From positions 1 through 64,000 of IMG/VR virus record IMGVR_UViG_3300014205_000187: DNA of 64,000 nucleotides; one strand, 5' to 3'. The position numbers and the translations under genes were made by a program. Below the pieces are notes generated by a model, which searched no databases, had not been told where the DNA came from, and saw only the letters and a program-made list of their open reading frames with translations. Positions 28,819 to 38,435 of the stretch are shown piece by piece. Source of the stretch: a virus. Taxonomy: Duplodnaviria > Caudoviricetes. Numbering within the stretch: position 1 is the stretch's first letter; every line of letters starts with the position of its first letter.

Positions 28819-29520
28819 ATGGCAGCTTTAGGCACTATAACTGGAAAACTACTAGATGTCTTAGACATCAAGCCGGAGGACATCAACGCTTACGATATTG
28901 CGTGGTCTTTACACAACATGAATCGTTATGCCGGACATACTTCTGTGCCGTGGGATGTGCTGTCTCATACAGGACTGGTATACACACTTTATGTGTGGGA
29001 CATGAGAGGGAGTCTTGACCCCAATTACTCTAAAGCTCTGTTGCTTCATGATGCAGCCGAAGCCTACATAGGAGATATGATTGGGGGTCTCAAAGATTCT
29101 CCAGTGGGAGAGGCGTTCCGAGACCTGGAACGAAAGATTCTTCGGACAGTGTTTCAACGCTTCGGTTTGAACTTGGATGACATCGACTGGGTAATAGTTG
29201 ATCGTTACGATCATCAAGCTGCTCATGTAGAGATACGAAAGTTCTATCCACATTTGGTATCAGACCCCAAAGTGGTTCAGGCTCAGTATCCGATGGAGCG
29301 TTATCCTATCATGGGTGTAGCCAAAGTCCCGGACTATATTGAGCTGCTGAAAAACCTCTGCATCAACAGCGGCGTCCAGGACATTGGTTCTCTGTTTGAG
29401 ATACCAGATCATTTAACTGGTCTTTTGCGAGAGGATAGCAGCACTCAGGCTGCACAAAGCGGAGCAGTAACGACAATTGAAGTCAGAGAAACGGCTTCCG
29501 TGGAGAATATGACTGTATGA
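28819..29520 (+). CDS. HD-domain 5'-deoxynucleotidase (YfbR-like)
   Basis: RYAGH, VLSH, LLHDAAEAYIGD. Confidence 0.8.
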   Translation: MAALGTITGKLLDVLDIKPEDINAYDIAWSLHNMNRYAGHTSVPWDVLSHTGLVYTLYVWDMRGSLDPNYSKALLLHDAAEAYIGDMIGGLKDSPVGEAFRDLERKILRTVFQRFGLNLDDIDWVIVDRYDHQAAHVEIRKFYPHLVSDPKVVQAQYPMERYPIMGVAKVPDYIELLKNLCINSGVQDIGSLFEIPDHLTGLLREDSSTQAAQSGAVTTIEVRETASVENMTV

Positions 29521-29819
29521 TAGCCCGAATCATAGTGCAGATAAGCTCTGATGGTGAGAAACACGTCACTCTCACTCAAGATCACATTACGCCTGTTGAA
29601 GAGTTCCTGGTAGACTGCGAGGAGTTTCAAGAGAGTAAAGTGGTTGAGGGTAGATTGCTTATCTTGGATATGGATGAAAACGGTATACTGGAAGACGGCA
29701 TACTCGATTCTGAAATGCACTCTGCTTTCTGGCATCATCCTCCTATCACTCGAACACATCGTATAGACCCTGAACTTATAAAACAGCTCAAGGAGGGCGT
29801 AGACGTTGCGGCTTTTTAA
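29517..29819 (+). CDS. hypothetical protein
   Basis: ATGA overlap. Confidence 0.6.
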   Translation: MIARIIVQISSDGEKHVTLTQDHITPVEEFLVDCEEFQESKVVEGRLLILDMDENGILEDGILDSEMHSAFWHHPPITRTHRIDPELIKQLKEGVDVAAF

Positions 29820-30159
29820 CCAGGTAAATGAACAATTGCAGAAGTATTACGTGACTCGTAGTATGGATGCTCTACGTGAAGCTATGGAAATAATAGCCAA
29901 AGAAATAGAGGCTCCCACACTTCAGGAACACACTATCACAATAGCAGCAAACGCAGAAGAAGTTGAAAAGATAATTGAGTCCGAAGGCTTCTTTCGTATA
30001 GACCTGGTGGACGGCAACTCGGATGGCCCGATAGAACCAGGTAAACTTGTCAGAGTAGTCCACGATGGTGATGACCCCACTGTTGGCTGCATGATTTTGA
30101 ATGTGGCCCACATCAATGACGAGGAAGTAATTCTCGTTGCTCCTGGAGGTGGTGGTTAA
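29806..30159 (+). CDS. hypothetical protein
   Basis: AGGAGG SD, TTG start. Confidence 0.6.
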   Translation: MRLFNQVNEQLQKYYVTRSMDALREAMEIIAKEIEAPTLQEHTITIAANAEEVEKIIESEGFFRIDLVDGNSDGPIEPGKLVRVVHDGDDPTVGCMILNVAHINDEEVILVAPGGGG

Positions 30160-30423
30160 TTGGAAATCACTACCCCTTCACAGTCTGGTCCTGTTAATAA
30201 GCCTGTTTTCGTTGGAGGCGGTGTTGTCGTAGAAGTGCCGGGAACTCGATTTCATGTTACGGCTGAAGTGCTTGAAATCAATGAGGAGGCAGAGATTATA
30301 AAGGTGAAGGGAGAAGGATTTGAAGGATGGATTCTCAAAGGACAAATCCACGATTCAATGTCTCCATCTACCTACGCCGTCGATCACGCCCTCAACGTCA
30401 TCGGAGGAGGAGACGGTCAGTAA
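30160..30423 (+). CDS. hypothetical SH3-like small protein
   Basis: GGAGG SD; IKVKGEGFEGWI. Confidence 0.5.
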   Translation: MEITTPSQSGPVNKPVFVGGGVVVEVPGTRFHVTAEVLEINEEAEIIKVKGEGFEGWILKGQIHDSMSPSTYAVDHALNVIGGGDGQ

Positions 30424-30590
30424 AGAATACTGGATTTGTCTCCGTAAAAAGAAATACAACACACGAAAAGCAGCTCGAAAGGGCAGGAAAGAACATGAAC
30501 AAAAGTTCCACGATAAGATGGCTGTTTATAAGTGCCCTTATGGAGAGCATTATCATATAGCTCATAAAATATCAGGAAGCAGCGAAAATA

Positions 30591-31145
30591 ATGAAAGCAA
30601 GAAAGAATCAACGGCTAAACAGCATATTTGGGGTCCCTTACAATCCAAATATGACCCTCAATCCATCGTGGGAAAAAGAGAATATCGTCTCAATCGAGTT
30701 GCCATTTGCGATGTACCTTGCTTGGAGTTTGGATACGCAGGTGACTCATATTCGTGTCCACAAACTCGCTGCGCCTTATTTCAAGAGGGCTTTTGCGGCG
30801 GTGTGGGCGAAGGCGAGATACCTGACGAAGCAGGAGTGGGGTTTCGACCACACAACCGAGTTTTATGATGAGAAAACTATAGAGTTTCTACACTCTGCTC
30901 ATCTTGATTTATTTGGAGGAAGTTTCACGTTTCGTGCGATGAGAGGAAGTAATCAGATTTCCAATCATTCGTATGGAATCGCTATAGATATTGACCCTGG
31001 ACACCATGTTATGGGTAATAAACAGGCTACATTCCCGGATTGGTATATCGGGTGTTGGACTGGAGCCGGTTTCAATTGGGGCGGCAAATGGTCTGGAAAA
31101 AATAGAGATTCGATGCACTTTGAGATCGTGAAGTTAGCTGCTTAA
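30591..31145 (+). CDS. M15-family peptidase, putative endolysin
   Basis: FR, SNHSYGIAIDID, WGG.W, DSMHFE. Confidence 0.85.
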   Translation: MKARKNQRLNSIFGVPYNPNMTLNPSWEKENIVSIELPFAMYLAWSLDTQVTHIRVHKLAAPYFKRAFAAVWAKARYLTKQEWGFDHTTEFYDEKTIEFLHSAHLDLFGGSFTFRAMRGSNQISNHSYGIAIDIDPGHHVMGNKQATFPDWYIGCWTGAGFNWGGKWSGKNRDSMHFEIVKLAA

Positions 31146-31312
31146 TTAAAGCGGTGAAAATCGACAAGCCGAAGCCGACTGGTGGGCCGCAAGATTCTAC
31201 AATGGCTGCCCGAACAGACGCACACCGACGATAAAACACGTATTTTTACGAGTATACAATCGAGGTTTACCTGAGCTATAATTGGATACATACTTAACTG
31301 GAGGCAATAATA

Positions 31313-32290
31313 ATGGCTGATACGACCGACGTAAAGGGATGTATATCTGAACCTGTACAAGCGCATACTCTGGAAACAGGATTGCGTAAAGTTGAAGTTC
31401 TTCGCGGTGATGAATGGGTAGAAGTTCCCTCTCTTGTCGATGTCAAGAAGGGTGAACGATTCCAGATGTCGGAGCCTATAGACGCTCCTGAAGGAGTCGC
31501 CGGAGAACTCGTAGGCATATTCGTAGCCACTGATGACGGGTTCATCAACAAAAACGGAATAGCCACTATTATGTGTGAAGATGCTCCGGCAGGACTCGGT
31601 GAAGAAATCATCGTTGCTGATGAAGACACTATGACTCTCATCGACATGGCAACCGGCGAAGTCAAGGGCGTTATGGACACCCCTCCTGAAGACGCCTCTG
31701 CTATCGACATAGCCACCTGGGTCGGCGACCGGCGAGACTGGCATCGTGGAAAACTGGCTGGACTCAGAGCCGAGAAACAATCAAGAATCGACGCCATCAA
31801 CAACGCCTACGATTCCCAGATGAAACGGCACGAAGGCACGATCAAGTGGCTGGAATACACCTATAAGCCTATGCTTTTTGATCTGGCCCGAAAACTCATC
31901 GGCGAGGCCAAAAAGAGATCAACGGTCGTGGGTCTCCTCATACTGAAGATCAAATCCACCAGAGCATCTTTGGATGTCGTAGACAATGACGCTGCTGTGG
32001 CTTATCTTCGGTCTCTCATTGAAGAGAACAAGGCCAAGCAAGCCACTCTGATAAAGAAAATGAATAAGGCTCAGGAAGAGGACGAATCGGATACCTTCGA
32101 CGTGCTGGAAGAAAAAGTAGGAGAGATCACACAGCAGATAAGCGTCCTCGAAAGCTGCATCAATATCAAAGAGACTGTGTACAAAAGCCAGGTTCCCCCT
32201 GACCTCAAAGACGAGCTGACTGAGGATAAGCTCGTTGAGACAGGCATGCAGTTCAACAAAGGTGGAGAGGAATATCTCGAAATCGAATAA
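31313..32290 (+). CDS. Gam-like (host nuclease inhibitor / DNA end-binding) protein with extra N-terminal domain
   Basis: Coiled coil followed by KKRSTVVGLLILKIKS; GGAGG SD; own promoter. Confidence 0.55.
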   Translation: MADTTDVKGCISEPVQAHTLETGLRKVEVLRGDEWVEVPSLVDVKKGERFQMSEPIDAPEGVAGELVGIFVATDDGFINKNGIATIMCEDAPAGLGEEIIVADEDTMTLIDMATGEVKGVMDTPPEDASAIDIATWVGDRRDWHRGKLAGLRAEKQSRIDAINNAYDSQMKRHEGTIKWLEYTYKPMLFDLARKLIGEAKKRSTVVGLLILKIKSTRASLDVVDNDAAVAYLRSLIEENKAKQATLIKKMNKAQEEDESDTFDVLEEKVGEITQQISVLESCINIKETVYKSQVPPDLKDELTEDKLVETGMQFNKGGEEYLEIE

Positions 32291-32295
32291 GTCTT

Positions 32296-32367
32296 CCTTG
32301 TGCGTAGTACAGTAGTGCACAAGGTCAATAAACGTGCCGGGTAGTAACTGCATTACCGGCACGTTTA
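32296..32367 (+). terminator. tandem hairpins / terminator
   Basis: CCTTGTGC/GCACAAGG and TAAACGTGCCGG/CCGGCACGTTTA. Confidence 0.6.
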
Positions 32368-32389
32368 ATTTTAGAAAGATAATTAACTT

Positions 32390-32864
32390 TTGGATACAAA
32401 CAAACTTCGTCTATTAAAGTCTGTAAAAATTGACCCTCAAACAAAATGTTGGATATGGACTGCGGGTAGAGCAACAAAAGCTGGTTATGGACGAATGTGG
32501 AATAGTTTAACCCGAAAAGCTGATTATGCTCATAGAATATCTTTTATTGTGTTTAAGGGAAGCATTCCAGAGACTATGGAAGTGTGCCATACTTGCGATA
32601 ATACAATGTGTGTAAACCCAGATCATTTGTTTACGGCACATCATATAGGCAATATGCATGACATGGTTAATAAAGGTCGTGCAAAAACATCCTCCTATGC
32701 AAGGACAAAGAAATGGACGAGCAAAATTAAGAGATGAGGATATAATAGCTATCCGTAGTGCTCATTCAAAAGGTGAGAGTGGTTCAGAACTCGCTAGAAA
32801 CTATAAAGTAAATCCTAATGCAATAAGCCGAATAGTACGAAAAGTAAGCTGGATACATGTTTAG
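32390..32864 (+). pseudogene. frameshifted HNH homing endonuclease
   Basis: CWIW, AHR, VCHTCDNTMCVNPDHL in one frame; the RAKL...HTH tail in another; extra A in A5 run at 32683-32687. Confidence 0.8.
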
Positions 32865-33510
32865 AAAGGTGACTAACTTGGATGTTATCAAACCCTCATA
32901 CAAAATATACAATCCCAAGACCCCAGAAGAAGGTTTGGGTATTCTTCAGATGATCGAACAGGCTGCTCGGACTTGTTATAAAAGTGAAAGTCAAATCACC
33001 GAGGACTCGGCTGAAAAGTTCGTCAAGATGCTCAGAGACCGGAAACATCATGCGATGCTGGAGTTCGGCAACATGACGGTAAAGATCGTGACCGACCGGG
33101 GAATCACACATGAACTTGTTCGTCACCGTATCTGTTCCTTCGCTCAGGAAAGCACTCGTTATTGTGACTACGGCGGCAAAGGCATCACAGTGGTTATGCC
33201 CGGCGATATAGAAGTGGCTGATGGCGTTAAAGGTCAAGAAGGACGGCGTGTATGGACTCAGGCTATGGAGCAGGCTCAGAGGAATTATAACAGTCTTCGA
33301 GACCTGGGATACACTCCGCAAACAGCTCGGTCGGTGCTGCCAACGTGTCTCAAGACTGAGATCGTGATTTCCTGTAATGTGCGTGAGTGGATGCACATAT
33401 TTAGTATGAGGACACCGATTACAGCTCATCCAGATATGAGGGCACTTATGATACAATTATGGGAGGAGGCTTCTTCCTTAATTCCTATCATATTCGATGA
33501 TCTTAACTAA
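32857..33510 (+). CDS. thyX: flavin-dependent thymidylate synthase
   Basis: AARTCY, HHAMLE, RHRICSFAQESTRY, ARSVLP. Confidence 0.95.
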   Translation: MFRKVTNLDVIKPSYKIYNPKTPEEGLGILQMIEQAARTCYKSESQITEDSAEKFVKMLRDRKHHAMLEFGNMTVKIVTDRGITHELVRHRICSFAQESTRYCDYGGKGITVVMPGDIEVADGVKGQEGRRVWTQAMEQAQRNYNSLRDLGYTPQTARSVLPTCLKTEIVISCNVREWMHIFSMRTPITAHPDMRALMIQLWEEASSLIPIIFDDLN

Positions 33511-33527
33511 CGCATCGGAGGTATCTC

Positions 33528-33953
33528 ATGATACAGTCCTATAAGTTTGACTTAAAGAACTATCCATTTGAAAACATTAAGCAGAAGTATCCTCAAATAC
33601 AGCGTAAAATATACGATACTCTGCTTACAATGACGCCGAGCCAGCTTTTATTTGAATTGAACCAGATCAACTCAAATAAAGAGTTTTCTCTTGGACAAGT
33701 AGATGAGGATACATTCGAGATAATCGGCATAATCATGTCGAAGCTGATGGACAATAATCGCTTAGTGATGACTAAGGATGATGTGATAGTCAGCTATCTA
33801 AGATTCAAAGAGCTTATATTTTTACATAGCTGTGTTTCTCAAGGACTGATGAAAGTCCAAGTAACTGATAAAGACATCCAGTATGTCTGGGATAAATCTG
33901 TTCAGCCGACAACTAAAAAGAAACCAGGTAAACGGTATCGCTGTAGATTATAA
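33528..33953 (+). CDS. hypothetical protein
   Basis: GGAGGT SD. Confidence 0.7.
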   Translation: MIQSYKFDLKNYPFENIKQKYPQIQRKIYDTLLTMTPSQLLFELNQINSNKEFSLGQVDEDTFEIIGIIMSKLMDNNRLVMTKDDVIVSYLRFKELIFLHSCVSQGLMKVQVTDKDIQYVWDKSVQPTTKKKPGKRYRCRL

Positions 33954-33963
33954 GGTAGGCAAC

Positions 33964-36051
33964 ATGGAACTGAGCGTTGAAAACTTTTTCAACCCCGATA
34001 AAGGGCTTATAGCAGGAATGAAAGCTGACTTCTCTCCAAGAGAAGGTCAAGCTGAGTTCAGTGAGATGGTGTTGAAAGCCATAAACGATCAAGCAGACAT
34101 CATAGCCGAGGCTCCTACAGGATTTGGGAAGAGCTTTTCTGTGCTGGTTCCGGCTATTATTTCGGCGGTGTGTAACAACAAACGAATCGTTATATCCACT
34201 GAAACATTAACGCTACAAGATCAGTACATCGATAAAGACCTGCCTTTACTACAAGCTGCCTGCAATAAGGTTGGTATAGATTTCACATTTGCTGTGGCTA
34301 AGGGTCGAAGAAATTATCTCTGCAAAGCCAAGCTCGATGAAGACACATTCGAGGGTGCCGACTTTATGATGAAGTGGGCTTTGGAGCAGAAGATAATGAA
34401 CGGAAATACCGGAGACATTGCTTCGGTGCCTTTCGAGTTTGACCCTGCTGAATGGCGACACGTTTGTGCAGACGATGATTGTGAACGAGCTGCGTGTCCG
34501 TTCTATGGTGAAGGCAAAAAAGGAGAGACCAACTGCTTTGTCTATCACAATATCCAGAAGTTTCTTTCTGCCGACATCGTTGTAGCCAACCACATGTTGA
34601 CTCTGATAGACTGTGGTATTGGAGCTGGAACCATCCTCGGAGCCTATGATGCTTTGATTGTGGACGAAGCTCATGTCTTTGCTGAAAAGGCTCAAGACGC
34701 TTGGGGAGTCTCATTCAAACCCAATACAGTATCATCTATCTTGCAGGTTTTAGATCGAATGTTGCTTAAAGTCGGGGTAGATTACTTTGAGCCTAAGTTT
34801 GCTAAAAGGTATAGAAATCTGTCAGAAAGAGTGCTTGCGCCTTTTACACCACTTTTAGGACAGAATATAGCCCTTAAACAAATAGACCCTCGTATAATTG
34901 CAGAGTCCAGAGAAGCTGCTGATGTTTTAACGGCAGAGTTGAAAAGGGTCAACCACGATCTGTCTGACTACATAAATGAGCTTGAAAGTCATCCAAAAAC
35001 TATCGTCATCAGAGCTTGCAAGGAACGATTATCTAAGCTCGTTTCTGATTTAGGTGCTGTGTATGGTGACAATATAAACGATGAGCATAAAGATAACTGG
35101 CTCGTATTTCTGGAAACAGGTTATAGTAGAAAAAGACAGCCTTATGGGATTCTCAATCTGAAGCCTATCGATGTGGCTCCCCTTATGAAAGGGTATGTTT
35201 ACAACGTCATCCCCACCACAGTGTTTATGTCGGCCACGATGAGAATTGGCACCTCGTTTGGTTTTATGCGCCATCAGCTCGGAGTACCGGAAGGTACATT
35301 AGAGTTCATAGGAGAGAGTCCGTTTGATTTTGAGAAAAATGTCACTGGATATTTTCCTCGTCATTTGCCGGATAATAGAGACCCTAATTACTTGTCGGCT
35401 CTGTCTGATGAGATACTGAAAGTGCTCAAACACAGTAATGGCAAAGGGCTTGTGCTGTTCACAAACAACAATCACATGCGTTACTGTTATGAGCATGTGG
35501 CAGCCAAAGCTCCTCATAAGTGCTTCTTGCAAGGACAAGCCTCCAAGCCGGTGCTCATTGAGATGTTCAAAGACGACATCCACTCCTCTTTATTCGCCAC
35601 CAGGACGTTCTTCAGCGGCGTAGACATCCCTGGAGAGGCTCTGAGCTGTCTGGTATTGACCAAGGCTCCATTCGAGGTTCCAACAGACCCTATGTTCAAA
35701 GCAAAGAGTGACAAGATCGATGAGGCTGGAGGAGATTCGTTTAATATGCTTTCCATGCCTACCATGCTATTTCAAGTGAGGCAGGGGTTTGGGCGTCTTA
35801 TACGAACAACCGATGATAAAGGCATATTCGCATTTTTGGATAGTCGAGCGATGAATAAGTCTTACGGTAGACGAATCGTGAATGCTCTGCCGGACATCCA
35901 GATCGTTGAAAGTTTGAACGGTAAGGTAGTTGATAAACCAACTAAGACCTATGCTGCTTGTCCAAAGCCGTCCAAAGTGTTCAGAGACGATGAGCGCGAT
36001 GAACCAAGTACGGCGGCTAAAAGTAAAACTGCCTGCATCGAAGATGATTAG
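33964..36051 (+). CDS. dinG: DinG/YoaA-family Fe-S helicase
   Basis: REGQ, APTGFGKS, KGRRNYLC, DEAH, SAT, GVD, QGFGRLIR. Confidence 0.92.
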   Translation: MELSVENFFNPDKGLIAGMKADFSPREGQAEFSEMVLKAINDQADIIAEAPTGFGKSFSVLVPAIISAVCNNKRIVISTETLTLQDQYIDKDLPLLQAACNKVGIDFTFAVAKGRRNYLCKAKLDEDTFEGADFMMKWALEQKIMNGNTGDIASVPFEFDPAEWRHVCADDDCERAACPFYGEGKKGETNCFVYHNIQKFLSADIVVANHMLTLIDCGIGAGTILGAYDALIVDEAHVFAEKAQDAWGVSFKPNTVSSILQVLDRMLLKVGVDYFEPKFAKRYRNLSERVLAPFTPLLGQNIALKQIDPRIIAESREAADVLTAELKRVNHDLSDYINELESHPKTIVIRACKERLSKLVSDLGAVYGDNINDEHKDNWLVFLETGYSRKRQPYGILNLKPIDVAPLMKGYVYNVIPTTVFMSATMRIGTSFGFMRHQLGVPEGTLEFIGESPFDFEKNVTGYFPRHLPDNRDPNYLSALSDEILKVLKHSNGKGLVLFTNNNHMRYCYEHVAAKAPHKCFLQGQASKPVLIEMFKDDIHSSLFATRTFFSGVDIPGEALSCLVLTKAPFEVPTDPMFKAKSDKIDEAGGDSFNMLSMPTMLFQVRQGFGRLIRTTDDKGIFAFLDSRAMNKSYGRRIVNALPDIQIVESLNGKVVDKPTKTYAACPKPSKVFRDDERDEPSTAAKSKTACIEDD

Positions 36052-36090
36052 ATACTTGTCAACTCAGCAGAAATATAGTAAGATACCTTT

Positions 36091-36669
36091 ATGATTAACA
36101 ATATCATTGCTCGGGTGAATGGCAACCTCAACCCAAGTACCTGTGAAACTCTTTCGGGTCTTGTAGGTTCTATGCCTGTAGGGGGAACCATTCTTGATCT
36201 TAATTGTGGCGAGGGAAGGTCTACGGTAGTTATGGGCCTGGCTCTTGAACAGGCTGCCAAAGAGGGAACTATTGTGGCTATCGATAGTCATGTTACTGAC
36301 CCTTTTTCAGATACGCCATTTCAAGATGGCACGGTGATGAGGTTCCTTCTAAATCTTCGTAAGTTTGGAGTAATGCAAAGGGTAGTTTCTGTTGTGGCTC
36401 CAGTCTATAATTTGAGTTTCGTAAACAAACGCAGTGCCAACCTCGTAGTAATTCAGTCTCCTTTGACTTCTCGATCTGCCTGGAATGAGGACGCGCTGGA
36501 CCAGAGTATGAAAATAGCTAAGTTTGCCTTGCGTAAAGGTGGTAATATAGCTATCTGTTGTCCGGCAGAAGTCCATAAAACAGCCTTTCAAGCCTTCGCC
36601 AAGCGGCATTTCTCAAACCTGGAGCCATGTATTGCCAGTGAAACCCTACTCGTATATACAATAGGTTGA
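36091..36669 (+). CDS. divergent class I methyltransferase-fold protein
   Basis: ILDLNCGEGRST, AIDSH, ALRKGG; TTGTCA-17-TAAGAT promoter. Confidence 0.6.
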   Translation: MINNIIARVNGNLNPSTCETLSGLVGSMPVGGTILDLNCGEGRSTVVMGLALEQAAKEGTIVAIDSHVTDPFSDTPFQDGTVMRFLLNLRKFGVMQRVVSVVAPVYNLSFVNKRSANLVVIQSPLTSRSAWNEDALDQSMKIAKFALRKGGNIAICCPAEVHKTAFQAFAKRHFSNLEPCIASETLLVYTIG

Positions 36670-36768
36670 TTTTAACAAATGAGAAAGTTGGAACCGATAC
36701 CGTTAGACTTTATAGTCTGATCGTGCAGCAGGAATCGAGTTCCAAACGCTCTGGAAAGGAGGTATCCA

Positions 36769-37098
36769 ATGGAAGAACTGATTAAGCTGTGGTTGAAACC
36801 CGATTACATAGCTATGCTGGCTGTTATCACGCTGACTGTAAAGCTGGCATTGGTTCCTCTCATCAAGAACCTGTTCTTTTACAACACCAACGAGAAGGGA
36901 TATACGTCTGTTCGTATTACCTATGTGATGTCAATCATCGTGGGCTTCCTTTACAAGTTCCTTTTCCCCTTTGGAGCGTGGACTGCTCGTGATGTCATCA
37001 TGGTAATCATCGTAGGCGTATTTTCTGCATTCTCAGCTCTTGGTGCCAATGTCACTACGCAGGCTATAAGAGGCAAGGATGTCAGTATAACAAGGTAA
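36769..37098 (+). CDS. three-TM membrane protein, holin candidate
   Basis: AAGGAGGT SD, three hydrophobic segments. Confidence 0.5.
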   Translation: MEELIKLWLKPDYIAMLAVITLTVKLALVPLIKNLFFYNTNEKGYTSVRITYVMSIIVGFLYKFLFPFGAWTARDVIMVIIVGVFSAFSALGANVTTQAIRGKDVSITR

Positions 37099-37103
37099 TA
37101 GCC

Positions 37104-37472
37104 ATGCAACAAGAACCATTCCCGTTTTGGACAAGCGAAAAGGTGCATACCTACACAGAAGTTCAAGAGTTCTGTGCGCGACAATATAGTCAACGGGGAC
37201 CCGGTTTAATTGAGGTCACACAAAAGTACCTTGAGAAATATGGTAAAGCACGATCAAGGCCGGAACTTCTTGAGGTACTTTTATGTCTGGATGAGTTATC
37301 GTTAAGACTTAGCTGCTTCAATACCGTCTGGGTAGAGTTCAGCGAAGCAGTTTTTGAGGTGTTGGTTTTACCTGGCAAAGTCAGCATCACAAAGACACAT
37401 AAGTATCTAACTGAAACCTTTCAAGCTACACTTAGGAGAATCGATAGTGGAAAACAACCTGGAACCAACTGA
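37104..37472 (+). CDS. hypothetical protein
   Basis: ORF in gene run. Confidence 0.6.
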   Translation: MQQEPFPFWTSEKVHTYTEVQEFCARQYSQRGPGLIEVTQKYLEKYGKARSRPELLEVLLCLDELSLRLSCFNTVWVEFSEAVFEVLVLPGKVSITKTHKYLTETFQATLRRIDSGKQPGTN

Positions 37473-37812
37473 AGAGCACGAAGATGATGAGCAGACCGCA
37501 GAGTTTGAACTCGAACCAAAAATAATAGAGATAGAGGTCCCGAACACAGCCGCTATTTTTTACTATGAGGGCGGTCTTAAAGCTGGTCTTGAAGCTCTTA
37601 TCAATACCAAACATATACAAGAACTATCTAACATGTCTGATGATGCAGCGATTGTCAGAGATGCTATCCACGCTTTAAGTAAGTTCTTGGAGGTCATTCA
37701 ACAGGTCAAATTGGATGTCATACAAGAGCATCAGGATATTAGAGAAGCTAAGGCTGCCGGGATTCAAGCCTCTATCATGCCGAATAAACTAGAGGAAGAT
37801 GATGACGATTAG
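37447..37812 (+). CDS. hypothetical acidic protein
   Basis: AGGAG SD, GTG start. Confidence 0.65.
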   Translation: MENNLEPTEEHEDDEQTAEFELEPKIIEIEVPNTAAIFYYEGGLKAGLEALINTKHIQELSNMSDDAAIVRDAIHALSKFLEVIQQVKLDVIQEHQDIREAKAAGIQASIMPNKLEEDDDD

Positions 37813-38435
37813 ACAGGAGCCGACTGTTTCATACGTTCCAAAAGTTTAGCTCTACCCTCGTCAGTCATCCCTTCGATAGCTGCTTCTACAGGATTGGTGA
37901 ACTCTTCTCCGTCTTTTGCACCTTTCTTCTCGTCTATTCCTTGGAGTTTCATAAGGGTTGTTTCAACCTGAAGCAGCAAAGCCATAAGCCGTCCATCAGG
38001 ATTGCCAGCCGTATTCTCTTGAAGCTGTGCCTTATAACGAAGCATCTCTCCGATGGCTCTACCTTTAGCGACTTCTCGCTCTTCATCAGTCATCGGTTGA
38101 CCCATTCTACGCCATTCAGATTCCAGGGTCTCGATGTCTTTTTTTACATCGTTCTGAAGCACATCCAAAAGATTGGCTATTTCCGGCACAGTGAGACGCC
38201 ACAAAATAAGCAGTTGTTCAACTTTTACTCTACGAGGAAGATTCGGTTTTACCCCATACTCAGTCCATAGTATTTCTGCCTGACTTTTAGGTTTGTCACT
38301 GAAAAAATCTGGTGTCTGTTTCTTACTTTCAAACTCTTCGTCGTCATCAAAGACAGGCAGCCCAAGATTTTTTCGTTCTTCGCTGGGGTATAAGTATTCA
38401 ACTTTATCTTTTACTTTACGTGTCCTGGAAGCCAT
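37809..38435 (-). CDS. HTH protein, putative terminase small subunit
   Basis: TVPEIANLLDV...VKKDI HTH; helical hairpin ending MKLQGID; GGAGG SD before ATG 38435. Confidence 0.5.
   Translation of the reverse strand: MASRTRKVKDKVEYLYPSEERKNLGLPVFDDDEEFESKKQTPDFFSDKPKSQAEILWTEYGVKPNLPRRVKVEQLLILWRLTVPEIANLLDVLQNDVKKDIETLESEWRRMGQPMTDEEREVAKGRAIGEMLRYKAQLQENTAGNPDGRLMALLLQVETTLMKLQGIDEKKGAKDGEEFTNPVEAAIEGMTDEGRAKLLERMKQSAPV

Noticed and set aside
28819-29520. DatZ / 2-aminoadenine genome system
   Set aside because: No PurZ in the window; YfbR-like HD enzymes are common in phages
30320-30868. 182-aa ORF overlapping the endolysin
   Set aside because: Only ~30415-30580 (C..K..Y...YKCPYGEHYH) looks coding and it has no clear start; the rest is out-of-frame overlap
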